This document shows positions 53,318 through 64,000 of a stretch of 64,000 nt of DNA, one piece after another. Below the pieces are notes generated by a model that searched no databases, had not been told where the DNA came from, and was given only the letters and a program-made list of their open reading frames with translations. Numbering within the stretch: position 1 is the first letter of the stretch; every line of letters starts with the position of its first letter. The stretch is taken from positions 5,642,001 to 5,706,000 of the forward strand of contig OZ059900.1 in the NCBI GenBank assembly GCA_964057225.1. The letters run 5' to 3'. This stretch comes from Auanema rhodensis (lineage: Eukaryota > Animalia > Nematoda). The position numbers and the translations under genes are program-made.

Positions 53318-54271
53318 TTTAAAAAACGTTTGTGATGTTAATTTGAGTGAGAAATGTAAACCTGAAAAGAAAAAAAATAGGTTTGGAATAATGAAAATAA
53401 AATTATTTCCCATAAGCTAATTGTATAGAATAGTTTGCAAGTTATTTAAGTATTCACAACATATAAAACGTTTACCTATCCAAACAGAATAAACTAAACA
53501 GCAACATGTCATAGAAATACCAAGTATTACATAAATGAATATTAGGATGTACAATCATATCCGATCCTACACGCTGAGAAAACCCAATGAAACCAACAAT
53601 ATCATTACTTCCGCCATGTTACAACAATCAGTTATCTCATAAACAAAATAAAATTATGTTCTCCTCAAAAGAAATTGGAAAACAAAGTATACTAACCTAT
53701 AGCTATGATGACATTTAAAATATTAAGAAAATCAATAATTATCTAGAAAAAAACAATAAATATTCAAATATTCAAATTTTCGAAATGTACAGAATATTGG
53801 CACTGGACCACATATTCCTAACTAACAATGTTTAAAAAATTAATTGATTAAACAAAGAGGAAAAAAATGTGGAAGACAGATTACAAACATCTCAATGCGG
53901 AGAAAATAACGGAAACATAACAGGATGACTGTAGCAGACAGTATATACCCATTTGTCTGCATATTTTACCATCTACAGTCGTAAAACAGACAATCTTGAT
54001 AAAGCTTGAAGAATCCCAAAAGGGTTTGTTCAAATACGAAATATTTTTTTTGAAATTTACAGAAAGGTTAGTTGTAAAATAAAGTACAGATAATCTTGGA
54101 TGAAACCAACATTACTACAAGACAATTGATATCAGTGATACAATAAGAGTTTCTTTATTATAACAAGAACAACAAGAAAACAAATATTAGCCTGAGGCCA
54201 AAACAAAATAAAAAGTCTTGTAGACTTATGCAAACATAAAACGTGCAACAAAAAGTTTTCAACTGATTCCA

Positions 54272-56079
54272 TCAACAATCACTCTTCCAAACACGAATGG
54301 TCGTATAAGGTTCAAGTCCGCTGGTAACAATCGAATTTTCAGTTGGATGACAATCCATGGCTCCAATAACTTCTGAACAATAAACTATGCTCTTACAATC
54401 GTAATAATCACAAGCCAACCAGACATTCCTGTGATAGCTTGTACCACATTTTGGCTTTCCATATCCCAAATCAAGAGTTTCTTATCTTCAGATCCACACA
54501 TTATAAACTGAATGAATTCATGCAGCATGCAACAAAGCGTGCCTATTACCTGTCCTGATGTAAAAGAGAAGCAGCAGTCAAGTTTATATCCCTCGTTTTT
54601 ATGTCCCTTGTAGAGTTTCAAACAATTTTCTTCTTGCCAATCCCATAATTTAATGAAACTAAATTTCATAAATAAAAAAGCAAACATCCAATAGAAAACT
54701 TTACCCGTCAAACGTAGCTGACAAGATATATTTTCCATTAGGAGAGAATCTTGCAAAAGACACAGGATATGAATTACCGTCTGCAGTCATTAGGTAAGAT
54801 AGATAAAAAATTACATAAACAACAATCCTGAGATCCGTCTGCAATTATCGACTTTACACATAAGCGAGTATTGGAATTCCAAATACGGATCAATCCATCG
54901 TAAGCAGCAGTGCAGAAGTGAGTTCCATCACTGCAAATCAAAACAGTTTCACAAGCAACAAAACTAAAACTCACAAATTGAAATAAACAGCTGATACAAA
55001 ACCACAATGAGCATCTAACTGATGGAGACACAGTCCTGTGTTAACACTCCAAACACGTACAGTACCATCAATTGAGCCTGATATAACAAGCTTGCAAACA
55101 AAAGATTATGTCTAAAACAGCCAAACCTGATAAAGCTAACTTTGACTGCGGACACAAACTACAGCACAAAGCTTTCTGTTCATGTCCTTCAAAAACGCGA
55201 ATACACTTGCCGGACAATTGCTCCCAGAGCTTAAAAACGAAAAATTACAAGAATTTTCAATGTTAAATACCCTGCAAGTGCAATCGTCTGATGCTGAAAA
55301 CAACAACTTATCGTCCGAGCTCCACACAAGATCATTAACTCCTAATTTATGACCAGACATCTGGATAAAAATATTGTACCACCATATATATGCTTACGAA
55401 CCGTTTTCATAACTGCGCCGTTTATATAATTCCAAATTTTAATCATGCTATCGGAGGAAGCGGACGCAATGAAACTACCACAGTATGAGAACTTAACCGC
55501 ATTTACTGCTCTAGTGTGGCCATTCAAAGCAATGAATTCAACATAGTTCGGGCTTTTCTTTTTTTCGACCTAGAACGAATGAAAACTGTTTTTCGTTCTA
55601 ATGATAACACATTTCCTAACCTCTAAGTTATCATTCCTAGAATTCGCAGTTCTTTCCATCATCTCTTCATACACTTCATTACATTCCATTTCTTCAGGTA
55701 TAATGATGAATTCCTCCATAATATCATCGTCATCCTGTAATAAACAGTTTAAATTTGCAATTTCGAGAAAGAAACCTCATCGATAAGGTGAGATTCTTCT
55801 GATTTTGTGCAAGATAGCAAATTCGCTGTATTACTTTCACTCTTACTGTTGTTCTGAGAACTAAAATCTGAATGGAAGCCAGATTCCTTGTTTTCAGCAT
55901 CAGCAGCATTCAAATTCTGAACAGCTTACGACATAAGATAAAACATCTAAAGTAAAATAGTCTTACTGAGCTTTCAGAACAGTTCAGATTAATTTTCTTT
56001 GCTGCCACAGAAGAAAGATGTGGTGCATTTGAATCCTAAATTATCAAACGGTGAAAATATCTGAATAAGTTTATACCAT
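54272..56079 (-). CDS. wdr-5: WDR5-like WD40 protein, copy B
   Basis: Spliced sequence contains SPNY..LNGHTRAVNAVKFS..IASASSDSMIKIW, GHKLGVNDLVWSSD, SASDD, PVSFARFSPNGKYIL, GHKNEGY, GSED and C-terminal WKSDC, colinear with WDR5. Acidic N-terminal extension; the first coding exon is ATG only. Confidence 0.88.
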
Positions 56080-57034
56080 TTTAAAAAACGTTTGTGATGT
56101 TAATTTGAGTGAGAAATGTAAACCTGAAAAGAAAAAAAATAGGTTTGGAATAATGAAAATAAAATTATTCCCCATAAGCTAATTGTATAGAATAGTTTGC
56201 AAGTTATTTAAGTATTCACAACATATAAAACGTTTACCTATCCAAACAGAATAAACTAAACAGCAACATGTCATAGAAATACCAAGTATTACATAAATGA
56301 ATATTAGGATGTACAATCATATCCGATCCTACACGCTGAGAAAACCCAATGAAACCAACAATATCATTACTTCCGCCATGTTACAACAATCAGTTATCTC
56401 ATAAACAAAATAAAATTATGTTCTCCTCAAAAGAAAATTGGAAAACAAAGTATACTAACCTATAGCTATGATGACATTTAAAATATTAAGAAAATCAATA
56501 ATTATTTAGAAAAAAACAATAAATATTCAAATATTCAAATTTTCGAAATGTCCAGAATATTGGCACTGGACCACATATTCCTAATTAACAATGTTTAAAA
56601 AATTAATTAATTAAACAAAGAGGAAAAAAATGTGGAAGACAGATGACAAACATCTCAATGCGGAGAAAATAACGGAAACATAACAGGATGACTGTAGCAG
56701 ACAGTATATACCCATTTGTCTGCATATTTTACCATCTACAGTCGTAAAACAGACAATCTTGATAAAGCTTGAAGAATCCCAAAAGGGTTTGTTCAAATAC
56801 GAAATATTTTTTTTGAAATTTACAGAAAGGTTAGTTGTAAAATAAAGTACAGATAATCTTGGATGAAACCAACATTACTACAAGACAATTGATATCAGTG
56901 ATACAATAAGAGTTTCTTTATTATAACAAGAACAACAAGAAAACAAATATTAGCCTGAGGCCAAAACAAAATAAAAAGTCTTGTAGACTTATGCAAACAT
57001 AAAACGTGCAACAAAAAGTTTTCAACTGATTCCA

Positions 57035-58842
57035 TCAACAATCACTCTTCCAAACACGAATGGTCGTATAAGGTTCAAGTCCGCTGGTAACAATCGAATT
57101 TTCAGTTGGATGACAATCCATGGCTCCAATAACTTCTGAACAATAAACTATGCTCTTACAATCGTAATAATCACAAGCCAACCAGACATTCCTGTGATAG
57201 CTTGTACCACATTTTGGCTTTCCATATCCCAAATCAAGAGTTTCTTATCTTCAGATCCACACATTATAAACTGAATGAATTCATGCAGCATGCAACAAAG
57301 CGTGCCTATTACCTGTCCTGATGTAAAAGAGAAGCAGCAGTCAAGTTTATATCCCTCGTTTTTATGTCCCTTGTAGAGTTTCAAACAATTTTCTTCTTGC
57401 CAATCCCATAATTTAATGAAACTAAATTTCATAAATAAAAAAGCAAACATCCAATAGAAAACTTTACCCGTCAAACGTAGCTGACAAGATATATTTTCCA
57501 TTAGGAGAGAATCTTGCAAAAGACACAGGATATGAATTACCGTCTGCAGTCATTAGGTAAGATAGATAAAAAATTACATAAACAACAATCCTGAGATCCG
57601 TCTGCAATTATCGACTTTACACATAAGCGAGTATTGGAATTCCAAATACGGATCAATCCATCGTAAGCAGCAGTGCAGAAGTGAGTTCCATCACTGCAAA
57701 TCAAAACAGTTTCACAAGCAACAAAACTAAAACTCACAAATTGAAATAAACAGCTGATACAAAACCACAATGAGCATCTAACTGATGGAGACACAGCCCT
57801 GTGTTAACACTCCAAACACGTACAGTACCATCAATTGAGCCTGATATAACAAGCTTGCAAACAAAAGATTATGTCTAAAACAGCCAAACCTGATAAAGCT
57901 AACTTTGACTGCGGACACAAACTACAGCACAAAGCTTTCTGTTCATGTCCTTCAAAAACGCGAATACACTTGCCGGACAATTGCTCCCAGAGCTTAAAAA
58001 CGAAAAATTACAAGAATTTTCAATGTTAAATACCCTGCAAGTGCAATCGTCTGATGCTGAAAACAACAACTTATCGTCCGAGCTCCACACAAGATCATTA
58101 ACTCCTAATTTATGACCAGACATCTGGATAAAAATATTGTACCACCATATATATGCTTACGAACCGTTTTCATAACTGCGCCGTTTATATAATTCCAAAT
58201 TTTAATCATGCTATCGGAGGAAGCGGACGCAATGAAACTACCACAGTATGAGAACTTAACCGCATTTACTGCTCTAGTGTGGCCATTCAAAGCAATGAAT
58301 TCAACATAGTTCGGGCTTTTCTTTTTTTCGACCTAGAACGAATGAAAACTGTTTTTCGTTTTAATGATAACACATTTCCTAACCTCTAAGTTATCATTCC
58401 TAGAAATCGCAGTTCTTTCCATCATCTCTTCATACACTTCATTACATTCCATTTCTTCAGGTATAATGATGAATTCCTCCATAATATCATCGTCATCCTG
58501 TAATAAACAGTTTAAATTTGCAATTTCGAGAAAGAAACCTCATCGATAAGGTGAGATTCTTCTGATTTTGTGCAAGATAGCAAATTCGCTGTATTACTTT
58601 CACTCTTACTGTTGTTCTGAGAACTAAAATCTGAATGGAAGCCAGATTCCTTGTTTTCAGCATCAGCAGCATTCAAATTCTGAACAGCTTACGACATAAG
58701 ATAAAACATCTAAAGTAAAATAGTCTTACTGAGCTTTCAGAACAGTTCAGATTAATTTTCTTTGCTGCCACAGAAGAAAGATGTGGTGCATTTGAATCCT
58801 AAATCATCAAACGGTGAAAATATCTGAATAAGTTTATACCAT
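57035..58842 (-). CDS. wdr-5: WDR5-like WD40 protein, copy C
   Basis: Near-identical to copy B, with one N>I change in the N-terminal extension. Confidence 0.88.
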
Positions 58843-59798
58843 TTTAAAAAACGTTTGTGATGTTAATTTGAGTGAGAAATGTAAACCTGAAAAGAAAAAA
58901 AAATAGGTTTGGAATAATGAAAATAAAATTATTTCCCATAAGCTAATTGTATAGAATAGTTTGCAAGTTATTTAAGTATTCACAACATATAAAACGTTTA
59001 CCTATCCAAACAGAATAAACTAAACAGCAACATGTCATAGAAATACCAAGTATTACATAAATGAATATTAGGATGTACAATCATATCCGATCCTACACGC
59101 TGAGAAAACCCAATGAAACCAACAATATCATTACTTCCGCCATGTTACAACAATCAGTTATCTCATAAACAAAATAAAATTATGTTCTCCTCAAAAGAAA
59201 ATTGGAAAACAAAGTATACTAACCTATAGCTATGATGACATTTAAAATATTAAGAAAATCAATAATTATTTAGAAAAAAACAATAAATATTCAAATATTC
59301 AAATTTTCGAAATGTCCAGAATATTGGCACTGGACCACATATTCCTAATTAACAATGTTTAAAAAATTAATTAATTAAACAAAGAGGAAAAAAATGTGGA
59401 AGACAGATGACAAACATCTCAATGCGGAGAAAATAACGGAAACATAACAGGATGACTGTAGCAGACAGTATATACCCATTTGTCTGCATATTTTACCATC
59501 TACAGTCGTAAAACAGACAATCTTGATAAAGCTTGAAGAATCCCAGAAGGGTTTGTTCAAATACGAAATATTTTTTTTGAAATTTACAGAAAGGTTAGTT
59601 GTAAAATAAAGTACAGATAATCTTGGATGAAACCAACATTACTACAAGACAATTGATATCAGTGATACAATAAGAGTTTCTTTATTATAACAAGAACAAC
59701 AAGAAAACAAATATTAGCCTGAGGCCAAAACAAAATAAAAAGTCTTGTAGACTTATGCAAACATAAAACGTGCAACAAAAAGTTTTCAACTGATTCCA

Positions 59799-61606
59799 TC
59801 AACAATCACTCTTCCAAACACGAATGGTCGTATAAGGTTCAAGTCCGCTGGTAACAATCGAATTTTCAGTTGGATGACAATCCATGGCTCCAATAACTTC
59901 TGAACAATAAACTATGCTCTTACAATCGTAATAATCACAAGCCAACCAGACATTCCTGTGATAGCTTGTACCACATTTTGGCTTTCCATATCCCAAATCA
60001 AGAGTTTCTTATCTTCAGATCCACACATTATAAACTGAATGAATTCATGCAGCATGCAACAAAGCGTGCCTATTACCTGTCCTGATGTAAAAGAGAAGCA
60101 GCAGTCAAGTTTATATCCCTCGTTTTTATGTCCCTTGTAGAGTTTCAAACAATTTTCTTCTTGCCAATCCCATAATTTAATGAAACTAAATTTCATAAAT
60201 AAAAAAGCAAACATCCAATAGAAAACTTTACCCGTCAAACGTAGCTGACAAGATATATTTTCCATTAGGAGAGAATCTTGCAAAAGACACAGGATATGAA
60301 TTACCGTCTGCAGTCATTAGGTAAGATAGATAAAAAATTACATAAACAACAATCCTGAGATCCGTCTGCAATTATCGACTTTACACATAAGCGAGTATTG
60401 GAATTCCAAATACGGATCAATCCATCGTAAGCAGCAGTGCAGAAGTGAGTTCCATCACTGCAAATCAAAACAGTTTCACAAGCAACAAAACTAAAACTCA
60501 CAAATTGAAATAAACAGCTGATACAAAACCACAATGAGCATCTAACTGATGGAGACACAGCCCTGTGTTAACACTCCAAACACGTACAGTACCATCAATT
60601 GAGCCTGATATAACAAGCTTGCAAACAAAAGATTATGTCTAAAACAGCCAAACCTGATAAAGCTAACTTTGACTGCGGACACAAACTACAGCACAAAGCT
60701 TTCTGTTCATGTCCTTCAAAAACGCGAATACACTTGCCGGACAATTGCTCCCAGAGCTTAAAAACGAAAAATTACAAGAATTTTCAATGTTAAATACCCT
60801 GCAAGTGCAATCGTCTGATGCTGAAAACAACAACTTATCGTCCGAGCTCCACACAAGATCATTAACTCCTAATTTATGACCAGACATCTGGATAAAAATA
60901 TTGTACCACCATATATATGCTTACGAACCGTTTTCATAACTGCGCCGTTTATATAATTCCAAATTTTAATCATGCTATCGGAGGAAGCGGACGCAATGAA
61001 ACTACCACAGTATGAGAACTTAACCGCATTTACTGCTCTAGTGTGGCCATTCAAAGCAATGAATTCAACATAGTTCGGGCTTTTCTTTTTTTCGACCTAG
61101 AACGAATGAAAACTGTTTTTCGTTCTAATGATAACACATTTCCTAACCTCTAAGTTATCATTCCTAGAATTCGCAGTTCTTTCCATCATCTCTTCATACA
61201 CTTCATTACATTCCATTTCTTCAGGTATAATGATGAATTCCTCCATAATATCATCGTCATCCTGTAATAAACAGTTTAAATTTGCAATTTCGAGAAAGAA
61301 ACCTCATCGATAAGGTGAGATTCTTCTGATTTTGTGCAAGATAGCAAATTCGCTGTATTACTTTCACTCTTACTGTTGTTCTGAGAACTAAAATCTGAAT
61401 GGAAGCCAGATTCCTTGTTTTCAGCATCAGCAGCATTCAAATTCTGAACAGCTTACGACATAAGATAAAACATCTAAAGTAAAATAGTCTTACTGAGCTT
61501 TCAGAACAGTTCAGATTAATTTTCTTTGCTGCCACAGAAGAAAGATGTGGTGCATTTGAATCCTAAATTATCAAACGGTGAAAATATCTGAATAAGTTTA
61601 TACCAT
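59799..61606 (-). CDS. wdr-5: WDR5-like WD40 protein, copy D
   Basis: Near-identical to copy B. Confidence 0.88.
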
Positions 61607-62561
61607 TTTAAAAAACGTTTGTGATGTTAATTTGAGTGAGAAATGTAAACCTGAAAAGAAAAAAAATAGGTTTGGAATAATGAAAATAAAATTATTCCCC
61701 ATAAGCTAATTGTATAGAATAGTTTGCAAGTTATTTAAGTATTCACAACATATAAAACGTTTACCTATCCAAACAGAATAAACTAAACAGCAACATGTCA
61801 TAGAAATACCAAGTATTACATAAATGAATATTAGGATGTACAATCATATCCGATCCTACACGCTGAGAAAACCCAATGAAACCAACAATATCATTACTTC
61901 CGCCATGTTACAACAATCAGTTATCTCATAAACAAAATAAAATTATGTTCTCCTCAAAAGAAAATTGGAAAACAAAGTATACTAACCTATAGCTATGATG
62001 ACATTTAAAATATTAAGAAAATCAATAATTATTTAGAAAAAAACAATAAATATTCAAATATTCAAATTTTCGAAATGTCCAGAATATTGGCACTGGACCA
62101 CATATTCCTAATTAACAATGTTTAAAAAATTAATTAATTAAACAAAGAGGAAAAAAATGTGGAAGACAGATGACAAACATCTCAATGCGGAGAAAATAAC
62201 GGAAACATAACAGGATGACTGTAGCAGACAGTATATACCCATTTGTCTGCATATTTTACCATCTACAGTCGTAAAACAGACAATCTTGATAAAGCTTGAA
62301 GAATCCCAGAAGGGTTTGTTCAAATACGAAATATTTTTTTTGAAATTTACAGAAAGGTTAGTTGTAAAATAAAGTACAGATAATCTTGGATGAAACCAAC
62401 ATTACTACAAGACAATTGATATCAGTGATACAATAAGAGTTTCTTTATTATAACAAGAACAACAAGAAAACAAATATTAGCCTGAGGCCAAAACAAAATA
62501 AAAAGTCTTGTAGACTTATGCAAACATAAAACGTGCAACAAAAAGTTTTCAACTGATTCCA

Positions 62562-64000
62562 TCAACAATCACTCTTCCAAACACGAATGGTCGTATAAGG
62601 TTCAAGTCCGCTGGTAACAATCGAATTTTCAGTTGGATGACAATCCATGGCTCCAATAACTTCTGAACAATAAACTATGCTCTTACAATCGTAATAATCA
62701 CAAGCCAACCAGACATTCCTGTGATAGCTTGTACCACATTTTGGCTTTCCATATCCCAAATCAAGAGTTTCTTATCTTCAGATCCACACATTATAAACTG
62801 AATGAATTCATGCAGCATGCAACAAAGCGTGCCTATTACCTGTCCTGATGTAAAAGAGAAGCAGCAGTCAAGTTTATATCCCTCGTTTTTATGTCCCTTG
62901 TAGAGTTTCAAACAATTTTCTTCTTGCCAATCCCATAATTTAATGAAACTAAATTTCATAAATAAAAAAGCAAACATCCAATAGAAAACTTTACCCGTCA
63001 AACGTAGCTGACAAGATATATTTTCCATTAGGAGAGAATCTTGCAAAAGACACAGGATATGAATTACCGTCTGCAGTCATTAGGTAAGATAGATAAAAAA
63101 TTACATAAACAACAATCCTGAGATCCGTCTGCAATTATCGACTTTACACATAAGCGAGTATTGGAATTCCAAATACGGATCAATCCATCGTAAGCAGCAG
63201 TGCAGAAGTGAGTTCCATCACTGCAAATCAAAACAGTTTCACAAGCAACAAAACTAAAACTCACAAATTGAAATAAACAGCTGATACAAAACCACAATGA
63301 GCATCTAACTGATGGAGACACAGCCCTGTGTTAACACTCCAAACACGTACAGTACCATCAATTGAGCCTGATATAACAAGCTTGCAAACAAAAGATTATG
63401 TCTAAAACAGCCAAACCTGATAAAGCTAACTTTGACTGCGGACACAAACTACAGCACAAAGCTTTCTGTTCATGTCCTTCAAAAACGCGAATACACTTGC
63501 CGGACAATTGCTCCCAGAGCTTAAAAACGAAAAATTACAAGAATTTTCAATGTTAAATACCCTGCAAGTGCAATCGTCTGATGCTGAAAACAACAACTTA
63601 TCGTCCGAGCTCCACACAAGATCATTAACTCCTAATTTATGACCAGACATCTGGATAAAAATATTGTACCACCATATATATGCTTACGAACCGTTTTCAT
63701 AACTGCGCCGTTTATATAATTCCAAATTTTAATCATGCTATCGGAGGAAGCGGACGCAATGAAACTACCACAGTATGAGAACTTAACCGCATTTACTGCT
63801 CTAGTGTGGCCATTCAAAGCAATGAATTCAACATAGTTCGGGCTTTTCTTTTTTTCGACCTAGAACGAATGAAAACTGTTTTTCGTTCTAATGATAACAC
63901 ATTTCCTAACCTCTAAGTTATCATTCCTAGAATTCGCAGTTCTTTCCATCATCTCTTCATACACTTCATTACATTCCATTTCTTCAGGTATAATGATGAA
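62562..64000 (-). CDS. wdr-5: WDR5-like WD40 protein, copy E (5' end lies beyond the window)
   Basis: Near-identical to copy B up to the window edge. Confidence 0.85.

Larger units (their letters stand above)
47304..64000. repeat. Tandem array of a 2763/2764-bp unit with one WDR5-like gene per unit; units start at 47304 (interrupted), 54101, 56864, 59628 and 62391 (runs off the window)
   Basis: Identical ORF sets recur at +2763/+2764. Only a few SNPs and homopolymer indels separate the units. Confidence 0.97.

Noticed and set aside
1-64000. CRISPR arrays, prokaryotic operons or horizontal transfer of GOGAT
   Set aside because: There are no repeat-spacer arrays. The GOGAT is the intron-rich fused eukaryotic type expected in nematodes.

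Overview
AT-rich eukaryotic DNA, almost certainly from a nematode (TTTTCAG acceptors, 40-60 nt introns, FLP neuropeptides, nematode-type 5S and U2 sequences). From left to right: (1) a spliced gene encoding only the N-terminal (CIC-L) region of Capicua; (2) an F-box gene; (3) a possible decayed MULE-like transposase; (4) a 2.6-kb foldback element; (5) a 21.7-kb NADH-glutamate synthase gene with flp-2, flp-3 and flp-28 nested antisense in one 8-kb intron; (6) a CCDC6-like gene; (7) a ~2763-bp tandem array of a divergent WDR5 paralogue whose arginine-binding (WIN) pocket residues are replaced. The first WDR5 copy is destroyed by a 5.1-kb near-perfect palindrome. Its core belongs to the same family as the 2.6-kb foldback and carries tRNA-like Pol III A/B-box modules. 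Its outer arms carry 5'-truncated U2 snRNA copies, an intact 5S rRNA gene and a captured spliced gene end, all pointing inward. This small-RNA-collecting foldback family and the amplified pocket-altered WDR5 are the strongest candidates for something undescribed. Exon coordinates were read by hand and family assignments come from recalled reference sequences, not from searches.
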